In this document: positions 40,254-50,987 of the stretch, piece by piece
Numbering within the stretch: the first letter of the stretch is position 1
Layout: each line of letters begins with the position of its first letter
NCBI GenBank assembly: GCA_039630055.1
Contig: JBCNVN010000004.1
Location: forward strand, 19,811-83,810
Length of the DNA: 64,000 bases
Reading direction: 5' to 3'
Source of the DNA: Candidatus Caldarchaeales archaeon
GTDB taxonomy: Archaea > Thermoproteota > Nitrososphaeria_A > Caldarchaeales > Wolframiiraptoraceae
Translations under genes and position numbers: made by a program
The notes under the pieces: model-generated
What the model saw: the letters and a program-made list of their open reading frames with translations, nothing else
What the model was told of the DNA's origin: nothing
The model's database searches: none

Positions 40254-41399
40254 ATGGTAAAGATAGTTGTACTCGGCTATGGTAGAATAGGTTCTGCAAT
40301 CGTTGATACTCTCACCTCTTCTAAGATTGTATCAGGTATCGGAGTCTGCGACTCCAATTATGACGTTATCAAAGATCTGTCTAAAGAGAAAATTGAAGTA
40401 TTCCATATAGATGTCCATGACAAGAATATCTTGGTTAGGGTAATGAAAGAATATGATATTGCAGTATGTGCTCTACCAAGTTATCTAGGGTTTAAAGTCG
40501 AAGAGGCAGCGATAGAAGCTGGTGTAGATCTGGTTGATGTCTCTTATATGTCTGAAGACCCTTTCTCACTCGATGCTAGAGCTAGAGATGCTGGCATAAC
40601 GATAGTCCCCGATTGTGGTGTGGCTCCAGGATTAAGCAATATGCTAATCGGCCTTGGTTTTCAAGAATTCGATAAAGTCGATTCTATTAAAATATTGGTC
40701 GGTAGCTTGCCTCAGAACCCTATACCACCATTAGAATATATTATAACGTGGTCATCTGAGGATTTACTTGAAGAATATACTAGACCTGTAAGAATTATAG
40801 AGAACGGTACTCTTAAGTATGTTAACCCTCTCACAGGTATCGAGTTGATCGATTTTGAGGGTCTAGGTGTCTTCGAAGCATTCTACACCGATGGTTTAAG
40901 AACGTTATTAAAAACTCTAAATGGAAAGGTAGAATATATGTGTGAAAAAACATTGAGATATCCAGGACATGCAGAGAAGATTCTATTTCTTAAAGAAATA
41001 GGTATGCTCGATGAGGAGCCTTTAGATGTTGATGGTGTAAAGATGGTACCGAGAAAATTTTTGGCTAGATTGCTTGAAAAGAGACTTGGAGCCAGAGATC
41101 GTGACATGCTTCTATTGAGAGTAATGTTGAAAGGTGTTAAGAATAGTTCAACTTTTTCTAAGATATTTCAAGTTATCGATATGTATGATGTAGAGAAAAA
41201 TGTTACTGCATTATCTAGAACGACAGCATACACTGCAACTGGCACCGCATTGCTCCTCGGAATGAAAATGGTTAAGGAGAAAGGTATTCTACCACCAGAG
41301 ATTATCGGTTTCAACAAGAGATATATGGAATATCTATTGAATTATCTAGAGGAAAGAAAGATATCTATAAAGGAGATGGAAAGTTTTGAATATAAGTGA
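40254..41399 (+). CDS. Saccharopine dehydrogenase / lysine 6-dehydrogenase family protein
   Basis: VLGYGRIG, DCGVAPGLSN, EAFYTDGLRTL and EKTLRYPGH. Confidence 0.88.
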   Translation: MVKIVVLGYGRIGSAIVDTLTSSKIVSGIGVCDSNYDVIKDLSKEKIEVFHIDVHDKNILVRVMKEYDIAVCALPSYLGFKVEEAAIEAGVDLVDVSYMSEDPFSLDARARDAGITIVPDCGVAPGLSNMLIGLGFQEFDKVDSIKILVGSLPQNPIPPLEYIITWSSEDLLEEYTRPVRIIENGTLKYVNPLTGIELIDFEGLGVFEAFYTDGLRTLLKTLNGKVEYMCEKTLRYPGHAEKILFLKEIGMLDEEPLDVDGVKMVPRKFLARLLEKRLGARDRDMLLLRVMLKGVKNSSTFSKIFQVIDMYDVEKNVTALSRTTAYTATGTALLLGMKMVKEKGILPPEIIGFNKRYMEYLLNYLEERKISIKEMESFEYK

Positions 41400-41559
41400 A
41401 TAAGAAAGTAATCTTTTGGAGTTGCATGGATAGAAAAATCATAAAAACTATGATAGAATTTTATTTAAGGATAGAGAATATATCGGGGCTGGAAGGGTTT
41501 TGTTAGATTATCCCAGTACAATAGAAACTTTTAATAACTATTAAGAATAATTGTAGTTT

Positions 41560-42471
41560 ATGCATAAGAGAATATGTACGGTTGACCCTGTTAGCGCTAT
41601 TTCTAAAACAGTCGCAATACTAATCGTCATAATAATCATTCTTGGAGTAGTCGCTGCGGTAGAACCACTACTTATCCCTGCTAGAGAAGTGACTAGAACT
41701 ATTACCTTCACTACTACAGTAGGGGATGTGAATTGGGAGAATATTCAAAAGAGGGGTACAATAATAATCGGTACTTCTCCTGATTGGCCTCCGTTCGAAT
41801 TTCTAGACCCTAAGACAGGTAAGGTTATAGGTTATGAAGTAGAGTTGATGGAGATCATAGCACAGAGGCTTGGACTTAAAGTTGAGTGGAGGACTATGGA
41901 CTTCGCCACAATCATAGTTGCAGTAAAGAATAGAGATATCGATCTTGGCGTGAGCGGTTTTTCAGTAACTCCCGAGAGATTAGAAGAGATACAATTTACA
42001 TTGCATCATACTGTAACTGAGTCTCAATTGATAATGTTAACTAAGAGAGCTGAAGAATTAGGAATAAGGAAGCTTGAGAATATCGAGGAGATAGCAAAGT
42101 ATAAGCTAATCGTAGGTACAGGTTCTGGAACCACACAAGAAGCAGAGTTGATGGATTTAGTGAAGAGAGGCGTAATATCGATGGATCAAGCGAGATCTTA
42201 TGATGATTTTGGTGTAGCTTTAGAAGATCTAAAACTTGGTAGGATAGATGCCGTATACGCTGAGACGCCTATAACTACTTGGTGGATAATGACTGAAGAA
42301 ACACCCCTAGTAGTGGTTTATAGCAGCCCATACTGGCCCGTAGCATTCGTCGCCCATAAAGACTCAGACGAGCTGGTATCGAAGATAAACGGCGTCTTAT
42401 CAGAATTGATCATGGAGGGCAAAGTTGCAGAACTATACAAAAAGTGGACTTCCCCAGAAGTATTGAAGTAA
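41560..42471 (+). CDS. Polar amino-acid ABC transporter substrate-binding protein
   Basis: N-terminal TM helix, GTSPDWPPFEF, VTPER and GTTQE. Confidence 0.9.
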   Translation: MHKRICTVDPVSAISKTVAILIVIIIILGVVAAVEPLLIPAREVTRTITFTTTVGDVNWENIQKRGTIIIGTSPDWPPFEFLDPKTGKVIGYEVELMEIIAQRLGLKVEWRTMDFATIIVAVKNRDIDLGVSGFSVTPERLEEIQFTLHHTVTESQLIMLTKRAEELGIRKLENIEEIAKYKLIVGTGSGTTQEAELMDLVKRGVISMDQARSYDDFGVALEDLKLGRIDAVYAETPITTWWIMTEETPLVVVYSSPYWPVAFVAHKDSDELVSKINGVLSELIMEGKVAELYKKWTSPEVLK

Positions 42472-42482
42472 AGAGATGGAAG

Positions 42483-43133
42483 ATGACTCCCGTTGAACAA
42501 TTGCTCTTCCTGCTAAGCGCAGTCCCGGTAACCCTATCCATATCTATCCTATCTTTTCTATTAGGTCTAGGTCTTGGAATAATATTCTCATTTATGAGGA
42601 TCTACGGTTTAACGCCTCTAAAATATATCGCTGATGGATATGAGAAGATCTTTAGATCAGTACCCGTCCTCTCCATCATGTTCTTATTTTACTTCGGTTT
42701 AGGCGGATACATCCCGCTCTTTAAAAATTCATATCTCACATCGATAATAGCATTAGGACTTGTGAGTGGTGCAAATCAATCACAGATATTTAGAAGCTCG
42801 ATTGGAAGTGTAGGTAAAAGTCAGATGCTAGCTGCTAAATCTCTAGGACTATCTAATTTTAAAGCATTGAGATATGTTATCTTACCACAAGCGCTATTCT
42901 TAGCCGTTCCAGGTCTAGGAAGCGAGATAGCTTTACTAATAAAGGATTCTTCATACTCTTTCATAATCGGGGTGATAGAGTTGATGAAGAATACAGATAT
43001 TCTTAGAGCTGCTACAAGGTCTCTTGTCTTTCCATACGTTTCATCAGCATTAATATATGTGGCCTTAACATTCCCCTTTGCTACATATCTAGATAAGTGG
43101 GGGAGTAGAAAGAAAAGGGAGCTTGGATTATGA
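42483..43133 (+). CDS. Amino-acid ABC transporter permease
   Basis: FRSVP, AA.SLGL, VILPQA and LIKDSS. Confidence 0.9.
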   Translation: MTPVEQLLFLLSAVPVTLSISILSFLLGLGLGIIFSFMRIYGLTPLKYIADGYEKIFRSVPVLSIMFLFYFGLGGYIPLFKNSYLTSIIALGLVSGANQSQIFRSSIGSVGKSQMLAAKSLGLSNFKALRYVILPQALFLAVPGLGSEIALLIKDSSYSFIIGVIELMKNTDILRAATRSLVFPYVSSALIYVALTFPFATYLDKWGSRKKRELGL

Positions 43134-43861
43134 ACATACTTGAATGTCGAAATCTGACTAAGGTTTATGGAAAGGTGACGGCGGTCAAGAATGTTTCATT
43201 AGGTATAGGTAAAGGTGAGATCAAGGTAATCTTTGGTCCAAGCGGTTCTGGGAAATCTACACTTCTCAGATGCCTAGGACTTTTGGAGAGACCTACTAGT
43301 GGAAGAATCTATTTTAAAAACATAGACGTCTATTCATCTAAGCAAGACCTCAATAAGCTTAGAGCAAAGATAGGTTTTGTTTTTCAAGAACCCTCACTAT
43401 TCAGACACTTGACAGCATTGAAGAATGTATCTCTGGGACTGAGACATGTCCTCGGATATTCTCAAGAAGAAGCAGAAAGTAAAGCTATGGATGCTTTAAG
43501 ATTGGTCAAGATGGAAGAATGGGCAAGATATTATCCAGCTCAACTCTCCGGGGGGCAGCAGCAAAGAGTTGGCATTGCCAGGGCGATATCTATGGATCCA
43601 GAAATTATATTATTCGATGAGCCGACGGCAGCACTCGATGTTGAGCTTAAATGGGAAGTTATCTCAGTTATGAAAGATTTAGCAGATAGGGGGATAACTA
43701 TGCTTATCGCAACTCATGAATTAAGATTTGCAAAAGAGGTTGCGGACGAGATGATATTCATGGATCAAGGTGAGATAGTTGAGATTGGGGATACGGAGCA
43801 TTTCTTTACATCACCCTCGACAGAAAGAGCTAGAAAATTCATGGCTAAACTTCTAGGTTAG
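43130..43861 (+). CDS. Amino-acid ABC transporter ATPase
   Basis: GPSGSGKST, LSGGQQQR and FDEPT. Confidence 0.93.
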   Translation: MNILECRNLTKVYGKVTAVKNVSLGIGKGEIKVIFGPSGSGKSTLLRCLGLLERPTSGRIYFKNIDVYSSKQDLNKLRAKIGFVFQEPSLFRHLTALKNVSLGLRHVLGYSQEEAESKAMDALRLVKMEEWARYYPAQLSGGQQQRVGIARAISMDPEIILFDEPTAALDVELKWEVISVMKDLADRGITMLIATHELRFAKEVADEMIFMDQGEIVEIGDTEHFFTSPSTERARKFMAKLLG

Positions 43862-43870
43862 TAGATTGAG

Positions 43871-44533
43871 ATGTTATTCTTACTCGATTATTCAGATTTC
43901 CTAATAAACGGCTTTATCACGACACTCCAGGTTACATTGATAGGTGTAGGGTTGGGAATGGTGTTAGGGATAGTCGCATCTTTAGGAGATATATATGGGG
44001 GAAGGATAGTAAAGATTATTGTAAACGTGTATGTTGAGTTCTTCCGGGGATCGCCATTAATAGCTCAACTCTTTTTAATCTATTTCACTCTGCCAGTTTT
44101 AACTGGATTAAAACTAGACGTTACCACTGCTGGATACTTAACATTAGCTTTGAATAGTGGAGCTTATCAGAAAGGCTATCTCAAAGGTGCTATGGAAGCT
44201 GTCTTTAAAGACCAGTTCCTTGCCGCGCTATCTCTCGGCCTCCCACTTAGAAAGATACTAATGTATGTAGTCGTACCACAAGCTCTAAGAATTGTTATAC
44301 CCGCATGGTCGAATGAGCTTGCATCTATGGCGAAGAGCACTACAGCTCTAATCGTCATAGGTGTCAGAGAATTGCTCAATACGGGTGTCTCGATAACAGC
44401 TCAGACATTTAGACCATTAGAAACCTACCTATTCATCACTATCGTCTACTTTATATGGATATACACGATGTTAAAACTACTTGACATATTGTATAATAGG
44501 GTCAAGATACCTGGATTAGAGCCAGTAATATGA
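43871..44533 (+). CDS. Amino-acid ABC transporter permease
   Basis: YVEFFRGSP and VVPQALR..IPAW.NE. Confidence 0.9.
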   Translation: MLFLLDYSDFLINGFITTLQVTLIGVGLGMVLGIVASLGDIYGGRIVKIIVNVYVEFFRGSPLIAQLFLIYFTLPVLTGLKLDVTTAGYLTLALNSGAYQKGYLKGAMEAVFKDQFLAALSLGLPLRKILMYVVVPQALRIVIPAWSNELASMAKSTTALIVIGVRELLNTGVSITAQTFRPLETYLFITIVYFIWIYTMLKLLDILYNRVKIPGLEPVI

Positions 44534-44539
44534 TCAGTT

Positions 44540-45610
44540 CTATTTCTCAGATTCACCTCGACTAAGTTTCTCGTATACTATGACACTAATTCTTCCCGCA
44601 ACCTTCTCAGCTATCTCCATGAATGCCTTACTAGCAGGAGAGTTTGGATCTCTTATTACGACAGGTCTACCAACATCACCGCTTTCTCGAACTTCTGGGG
44701 CTAAGGGTATCTCACCTAAGAACGATATATTCATCTCTTTACATATCTTTTGAGAGTTTCCATATCCAAATATCTCGGTTCTAGAACCACATTCTGGACA
44801 GATAAAATAGCTCATATTCTCTATTATTCCAATTATATCTACTTTCAACCTCATGAACATCCTTAAAGATTTTAACGCTATTCTCAAAGCAGCATCTTGT
44901 GGAGTCGTAACTATCACTACACCTGTCAGAGGGATTGTCTGGGATAGGGTGAGGGGAGCATCACCAGTTCCAGGTGGTAGATCTACGATCAAGTAGTCTA
45001 TCTCACCCCAATCTACCCGGCTCAACATTTCTTCTACAGCTTTTCCAACCAGTGGCCCCCTCCATATTACCGGTGCATCTTCAGGCACCAGAAGCCCCAT
45101 AGACATAGTTTTTATTCCCATGTATGATAGACCTGGCTCAATCCTATTTTCACCTACAGAGAATGGTGGACGAATTATCTCGAGCATCTTAGGTATTGTT
45201 GGACCGTAAACATCTGCATCTAGTAAGCCGACGCTCGCCTTCTTAGAAGCCAATGCTAGGGCCAGATTTACGGCCACTGTAGATTTGCCCACACCACCCT
45301 TACCACTTGCAATAGCTATTACATTCTTTACACCTGGTATCTTCTTAGGAGTTGGGGGAGATAGAACTCTAGAAGTTATTCTAATCTTAACATCTCTCAC
45401 TCCATCTAATTTCTTAACCGCATCACGAGCTCTCTCTTCCAAGACCCCTCTAAGAGGACAGGCTGGAGTTGTAAGCTCTAAGACAAATGATACATCACCA
45501 TCTTCTGATATCTTTACATCCTTAACCATTCCGAGACTTACGATATCTCTACCGAGTTCTGGATCCACAACATTTCTCAAAACGCTTAAAACGTCCTTCT
45601 CGGAAACCAT
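44540..45610 (-). CDS. mrp: Mrp/NBP35 Fe-S carrier ATPase with N-terminal DUF59-like domain
   Basis: VDPEL, LTTPACP, SGKGGVGKST, DLPPGTGD and ENMS...CPEC. Confidence 0.93.
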   Translation of the reverse strand: MVSEKDVLSVLRNVVDPELGRDIVSLGMVKDVKISEDGDVSFVLELTTPACPLRGVLEERARDAVKKLDGVRDVKIRITSRVLSPPTPKKIPGVKNVIAIASGKGGVGKSTVAVNLALALASKKASVGLLDADVYGPTIPKMLEIIRPPFSVGENRIEPGLSYMGIKTMSMGLLVPEDAPVIWRGPLVGKAVEEMLSRVDWGEIDYLIVDLPPGTGDAPLTLSQTIPLTGVVIVTTPQDAALRIALKSLRMFMRLKVDIIGIIENMSYFICPECGSRTEIFGYGNSQKICKEMNISFLGEIPLAPEVRESGDVGRPVVIRDPNSPASKAFMEIAEKVAGRISVIVYEKLSRGESEK

Positions 45611-45687
45611 TCCTACTCCGTTTTACCCCCCATCCACAATAAAAACATTCCCAAATTACTCTTTCTATTCAATTATTGTTTAGAAAA

Positions 45688-45727
45688 ATGGTTTACCGTA
45701 AACCATAAAACTTTTACTAAAGTAAAC
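45688..45727. promoter_or_regulatory. Paired palindromes with GTAAA(C) half-sites
   Basis: ATGGTTTAC-C-GTAAACCAT (45688-45706) and TTTACT-AA-AGTAAA (45713-45726). Confidence 0.45.
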
Positions 45728-46019
45728 TCAATAATGATGATCTCTTAAGAAAATTACTAATCCATTTCTTAAAGAATAGTTGATACAAGTATAAGACTAC
45801 CAAAACGATTTTTATCGAGTCCATCTATCACTTTATATACAAGGTAGGTATAGATCCATGGGATTTATCCCCTATATTTAATCTTTGATGGTTATCTGGG
45901 CTGATAATTCGTTGATAATTGGATTAATATTAATTTCATTATCCTTTAAATATTGAATTGGCCGGTTTTATTGAATTATTAAGGTAAAAGTTTAATCTTA
46001 GATGTTTTAAATTTTAACT

Positions 46020-46322
46020 ATGAGTAAAGAGTCAATTAAAGAGGATAAGAAATTGGGTAGATTAAGAGATGGAAAGAGGTTGAAAGTGGAAGAGAAGTAT
46101 TGGAGGCTTGCTGTTGACACAGCTGTGAAGCAGCCTAGGCTTGCTTTTTATTCGCCTGTAGCTAGCACTGTTTTGAATTATTGGAAGAACGTAATTCCGA
46201 GGTTTAGTATTAGTGAGCTTTTGGCTAAGATCGTGGAGAAAGAGATAGCTAGTAGGTGGCCACATCTATATAATAGAGCTAAAAGATCACTAAACGTAAA
46301 GAGAGGAGGGAAGAGAGCATGA
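46020..46322 (+). CDS. Small basic hypothetical protein, possibly DNA-binding
   Basis: Lys/Arg-rich 100 aa. ATGA overlap with gyaR, whose GGAGG RBS lies inside this gene. Confidence 0.7.
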   Translation: MSKESIKEDKKLGRLRDGKRLKVEEKYWRLAVDTAVKQPRLAFYSPVASTVLNYWKNVIPRFSISELLAKIVEKEIASRWPHLYNRAKRSLNVKRGGKRA

Positions 46323-47323
46323 GACCATTGGTCTACGTTACTAGAAGGATCCCTGAAGTTGGCCTTTCTATATTAAGAGAATACTGTGAAGTAGTTTATA
46401 GAGATGAGCTGGCCCCACCTAGTAAGGAAGAGCTATTAAATAATATTAAAGATGTTGATGCGATATTCTGTACGCTTAATGAAAAGATCGATAAACAGGT
46501 TTTGGATTCTTCACCTAAGTTAAGAGTTGTAGGAACTATGAGCGTTGGGGTCGACCATATCGATATAGATTATGCAACTAGTAAGGGAGTGTATATCATA
46601 CATACTCCCGGAGTCTTAACCGAGACTACAGCAGACCTAGCATTTGCTCTTATTCTTTCAGTTGCAAGAAGAGTAGTAGAATCTGATAGGATAGTTAGAG
46701 AGGGTAAGTGGAAGATAGCATGGGCTCCTACGATGATGCTTGGATATGATGTCCACGGTAAGAAGCTTGGTATAATAGGTCTGGGTAGAATAGGGGCGGC
46801 CGTAGCTAAGAGAGCTAAAGGATTCGGTATGGAGATCTACTATTATGATAAGATTAGAAGAGAAGATCTAGAGAGAGATATGGGAATAGTATTTAAAAAC
46901 CTCGATGATATCTTGAGAGAATCAGACTTCATCTCAATACATGTTCCCCTCACAGAAGAGACGAGATACTTGATAGGTGAAAGAGAACTCAAGATGATGA
47001 AGCCTACAGCCATATTGATAAATACTTCACGGGGTCCAGTGGTTAATGAGAAGGCTCTAGTGAAGGCTTTGAGAGAAGGATGGATAGCAGGGGCTGGTCT
47101 AGACGTCTTTGAAGAAGAACCTCTACCCTATAATAGCCCTTTAATAGAACTTCCAAACGTTGTACTCACTCCACACATAGGTAGCGCTACTATCGATACT
47201 AGGAATAAGATGGCTGCATATGCAGCCGATGGTATAATTAGGGTATTGAGAGGAGAGTTGCCCGACAATCTTTACAATAAAGAGGTAGTTAAAATAAGAC
47301 CACCAGTAAAGCTCATAGATTGA
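46319..47323 (+). CDS. gyaR: Glyoxylate reductase / D-2-hydroxyacid dehydrogenase
   Basis: TPGVLTETTAD, GIIGLGRIG, INTSRG, LDVFEEEP and PHIGSA. Confidence 0.9.
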   Translation: MRPLVYVTRRIPEVGLSILREYCEVVYRDELAPPSKEELLNNIKDVDAIFCTLNEKIDKQVLDSSPKLRVVGTMSVGVDHIDIDYATSKGVYIIHTPGVLTETTADLAFALILSVARRVVESDRIVREGKWKIAWAPTMMLGYDVHGKKLGIIGLGRIGAAVAKRAKGFGMEIYYYDKIRREDLERDMGIVFKNLDDILRESDFISIHVPLTEETRYLIGERELKMMKPTAILINTSRGPVVNEKALVKALREGWIAGAGLDVFEEEPLPYNSPLIELPNVVLTPHIGSATIDTRNKMAAYAADGIIRVLRGELPDNLYNKEVVKIRPPVKLID

Positions 47324-47482
47324 TTTGCAATCTACATTTTTCTTCTTCTTGTTTACTCGATGAGAGATTTGAAGTCCATTTTTAAAATCTCAAGAAATTT
47401 AGAAATAATGGAAGATGGAGATGAAACTAAGTTATGGTCAAAATCAATCTCTAGATTTTTCCATATTTTTACATAGTTTAAA

Positions 47483-48355
47483 GTGAGGAGGAAAACATTA
47501 ATACTACAAGATACAGATTCAGTTAAAATGAGTATTGCTAGCCTTCTTAAGATAGTCGAAGACGCTCTAGTATCAGCAAGAGAGCATGCTCTTGAATCTA
47601 TTAGATCTGGATGGGGGCTTAAAATAAAGGGTTTAGGTGCATATGGCGATAAGTCTTACGGATTCGACTTGGCAGCTGAGAGAGCAGTAATAGATGTAAT
47701 AAATGATAGGCTTAGCAATGTAGCTATAATCTCCGAAGAGTTAGGGATTTCCGGCTCGAAGGATCCTGATTACTATGTCTTAATCGATCCAATAGATGGT
47801 AGTAGAAACGCTTCTAGAGGTATACCATTGTTTTCGACTACGATAGTTATCTCTAAAAGTATTAGTTCAAAAGATATACTTGTTGGAGGTGTTATAGACC
47901 ATTCAAATGGTGACCTATATATAGGTGAAAAAGATGGGAATGTGATAGCGGTGGGAAAGAAGCCCAGTCTTACGAAAACGAACTCTCTTAGTGATGCATT
48001 CTTGATAGTAAACACATTTTCTATAAGGAGTGAGAAGTACAGGAGATGGGGTGAAATGATAATTAACAGATCGTATGTTTCCCTCTTTCTAGGTACGACC
48101 GCTCTTGAGATCTGCTACATACTATCTGGGAGAGTCGATGGATATGTATGTCTAGGACCACATCTAAGACCTTTAGATTTCATCGCACCGATCTTTCTCT
48201 TAAAACTCTCGGGTGGATCCTACACTATATTAACAGAAGATGGAGAAGTTGATGAGATAAACCTATCTGCAGGTAAGAGCTTTGGCGTTATAGCAACATC
48301 GAATAAAGAACTTTTCAATGAGATAACAAAACTTAGGGAAGAAAGTCAATCTTAA
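47483..48355 (+). CDS. Inositol monophosphatase / FBPase family protein
   Basis: DLAAE, ISEE and IDPIDGS.N. The real start may be the internal MSIAS. Confidence 0.85.
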   Translation: MRRKTLILQDTDSVKMSIASLLKIVEDALVSAREHALESIRSGWGLKIKGLGAYGDKSYGFDLAAERAVIDVINDRLSNVAIISEELGISGSKDPDYYVLIDPIDGSRNASRGIPLFSTTIVISKSISSKDILVGGVIDHSNGDLYIGEKDGNVIAVGKKPSLTKTNSLSDAFLIVNTFSIRSEKYRRWGEMIINRSYVSLFLGTTALEICYILSGRVDGYVCLGPHLRPLDFIAPIFLLKLSGGSYTILTEDGEVDEINLSAGKSFGVIATSNKELFNEITKLREESQS

Positions 48356-48365
48356 TTATTTCTCT

Positions 48366-49376
48366 GTGATCAATTCTGGTTGGAGAGATATGGCGATACT
48401 GAGAACGGATGTTGAGGAATTAGAGAGGTTGAGAGGGAGTGGATATAGGATCGTTGGAAGACATTCAGCGGTTAAGATATGCCATTGGACAAAGAATGCT
48501 TTAAAAGGTGGAAAGCACTGTTATAAGAGTTGGTATGGTATAGAGAGTCATAGATGCTTACAGATGACTCCAAGCGTCCAGTACTGTAACATGATGTGTA
48601 TATTTTGTTGGAGATTCCATACAATAAATAGAATAAGACCTTATGATGGTGAATGGGATAGACCCGAACAAATTTTTGAGGGACTAATCCGTGAGCAGAG
48701 ACAGCTTCTTTCAGGTTTTAAAGGAAACCCTAAAGTTGATTCGAGGCTATTTAAAGAAGCCATGAATCCAAAACATATGGCTATCTCGCTAGATGGTGAA
48801 CCAACCCTATATCCATATCTAGCAGATCTAATAAAACTTGCATATGAATATGGGATGACTACTTTTCTAGTAACAAATGGGACAAATCCTGAAAGGCTTA
48901 GAGATTTGATCGATGAGAATGCTGAGCCGACAAATCTCTACATAAGCTTGTACGGTCCTGATCGAGAAACACATGTTAGAATGTGTAGACCTATCATTAG
49001 AGATAGTTGGATCAAGTTGAATGAGAGTTTGGAGCTCATGTCCAGCTTTACCAAGTCAAGACGGGTGATAAGGCTTACACTCGTCAAAGGATATAATATG
49101 AGGGGGATCGAAGAATATCTTGAGCTAATAAAGAAGGCTAGACCAGACTATGTAGAATGTAAAGCATATATGCATGTAGGAGAGAGTCAGAAGAGGCTTC
49201 CTAGAGAAGCTATGCCGAGCATGGAAGATATAATCGAATTCTCTGAAAAGCTGAGTATGATCCTCGGATATAAAGTTGTATTTCATGACTCAACCAGCCG
49301 GGTATCAATTCTAGCCGATCCAACATCTCCACACTATCTGAGAGATTCGACGAATATGGTGAGGAAAAGATTATGA
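48366..49376 (+). CDS. taw1: 4-demethylwyosine synthase (TYW1/Taw1)
   Basis: HSAVKICHW, CYK..YGIESHRC.QMTP, CNMMCIFCWR and AISLDGEPT. Confidence 0.94.
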   Translation: MINSGWRDMAILRTDVEELERLRGSGYRIVGRHSAVKICHWTKNALKGGKHCYKSWYGIESHRCLQMTPSVQYCNMMCIFCWRFHTINRIRPYDGEWDRPEQIFEGLIREQRQLLSGFKGNPKVDSRLFKEAMNPKHMAISLDGEPTLYPYLADLIKLAYEYGMTTFLVTNGTNPERLRDLIDENAEPTNLYISLYGPDRETHVRMCRPIIRDSWIKLNESLELMSSFTKSRRVIRLTLVKGYNMRGIEEYLELIKKARPDYVECKAYMHVGESQKRLPREAMPSMEDIIEFSEKLSMILGYKVVFHDSTSRVSILADPTSPHYLRDSTNMVRKRL

Positions 49377-49868
49377 TGGTTTTTTAAAATATTTTATTAA
49401 ACGTTCGTAGGTTTCTTCAGGTAGCTCGGGGATTATCTTAGTCCCCGAAATCACAGTCATAAAGTTTGTATCTCCAACCCATCTAGGTACTACGTGGAGA
49501 TGTATATGTCCTTCTATTCCAGCCCCTGCAGCTTCACCTATATTCAAACCAATGTTTAGCCCACTTGGATTATATTCCCTCTTCAACGCTCTTATACTAA
49601 TTACAGCCAAATTCATCAATTCGCATAACTCCTCTTCATCTAAACTTTCGAGGTCTCCAGTATGTCTATAGGGTGCTATCATCAAGTGACCACTAGTGTA
49701 TGGATACTTATTCAAGATTATGAAGCATTTGTCACCTCTATATAGTATAAGGTTCTCTCGATCTCTATATTCTTCACTCTCTATGCAGAAAACGCATCCT
49801 TTTTCTCTCTTTTCTTTAAGATGCTCTTTGATATACCTCATCCTCCAAGGAGCCCAGATAATCTTCAT
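49371..49868 (-). CDS. HIT-family hydrolase
   Basis: WAPWR, CVFC, NKYPY..GH and HIHLHVVPRW.GD. Confidence 0.92.
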   Translation of the reverse strand: MKIIWAPWRMRYIKEHLKEKREKGCVFCIESEEYRDRENLILYRGDKCFIILNKYPYTSGHLMIAPYRHTGDLESLDEEELCELMNLAVISIRALKREYNPSGLNIGLNIGEAAGAGIEGHIHLHVVPRWVGDTNFMTVISGTKIIPELPEETYERLIKYFKKPS

Positions 49869-49969
49869 TACACCTACACCTCATCTTACCGGCTTAAATT
49901 CTTTACTTCTAAAAGATCTCTTTTTTCCTAACAATATCTTTAAGAGTAGTTTAGAGAAGAAGTAGTTGT

Positions 49970-50425
49970 ATGAAGTCGGAGATAAAACAGATCAATATCT
50001 CTGGAAAACCTATAGTTAAACGGAGAGCAGTCGCTAGAGGCTTTATAAAGCTTCGTCAACAGACTATTGAAAAGATAAGGATGGGAGGTCTCGAGAAGGG
50101 AGATCCATTCCAGGTTGCGAGGTTAGCGGGGATAAACTCTGTAAAATTTACCCATCTACTCCTACCTCTATGTCATCCTATTGGAATAGACTATGTAGAA
50201 GTTAATCCGAGGATTAGAGAAGATGGTATAGAGGTTGAGGCCGTAGTCGAGGCCTTTGAGAAGACCGGCGTTGAAATGGAGGCTTTGACCGCTGTAAGCA
50301 TAGCTCTACTAAACATCTGGGATGTGGTAAAGATCTATGAAAAAGATTCCACAGGACAGTATCCTGAAACAGAGATCAAGAATATTAGAGTAGTTGAGAA
50401 GGTTAAAGGACATGTCAATGGCTAA
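49970..50425 (+). CDS. moaC: Cyclic pyranopterin monophosphate synthase
   Basis: KGDP, LPLCHP and KTGVEMEAL. Confidence 0.94.
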   Translation: MKSEIKQINISGKPIVKRRAVARGFIKLRQQTIEKIRMGGLEKGDPFQVARLAGINSVKFTHLLLPLCHPIGIDYVEVNPRIREDGIEVEAVVEAFEKTGVEMEALTAVSIALLNIWDVVKIYEKDSTGQYPETEIKNIRVVEKVKGHVNG

Positions 50426-50942
50426 ACCTCATGAGGAACATAAAATTAAAGCTCCCAAAATCCTCAGGTTCATCCTCTATACGGTTAGCACTTCTAGATA
50501 TAATGCTAAGCTCAAAGGTGAAGTGTATTCTGATGAGTCGATGGATGTAGCAGTTCGGATAATAAGAGAGAAGAATCATGAGATAGTTGGAAAAGATGTT
50601 ATTGATGATGATAAAGAGATGATCGCGCAAGCTCTTATAAAGTCGGTCGAGAAAGATGTTGATGTAATAATCTTTATGGGTGGGACAGGGTTAACGAGTA
50701 GAGATGTAACAATCGAGGCTGTAAGACCTTTACTCAGTAAGGAGGCGGAAGGTTTCGGGGAGATATTTAGATTTGAGAGTTATCGTAAGATAGGAGCGGC
50801 CGCTTTTCTAACAAGGGCAATGGCAGGAGTTATATCTGGAAAAGCGGTAATTTGTCTTCCAGGATCTCCCAATGCAGTAGAACTTGCACTAAAGATCTTT
50901 CTAGATGAATTTCCCCATCTTGTATATTTAGCTCGACAATAG
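50418..50942 (+). CDS. moaB: MogA/MoaB molybdopterin adenylyltransferase
   Basis: TVSTSR, GGTG...RDVT.E, GFGE.FR and LPGSP. Confidence 0.9.
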   Translation: MAKPHEEHKIKAPKILRFILYTVSTSRYNAKLKGEVYSDESMDVAVRIIREKNHEIVGKDVIDDDKEMIAQALIKSVEKDVDVIIFMGGTGLTSRDVTIEAVRPLLSKEAEGFGEIFRFESYRKIGAAAFLTRAMAGVISGKAVICLPGSPNAVELALKIFLDEFPHLVYLARQ

Positions 50943-50987
50943 AAGTTTATCAAGAGGTCTCTTGGCTGGATTTCGTATACATAAAAG

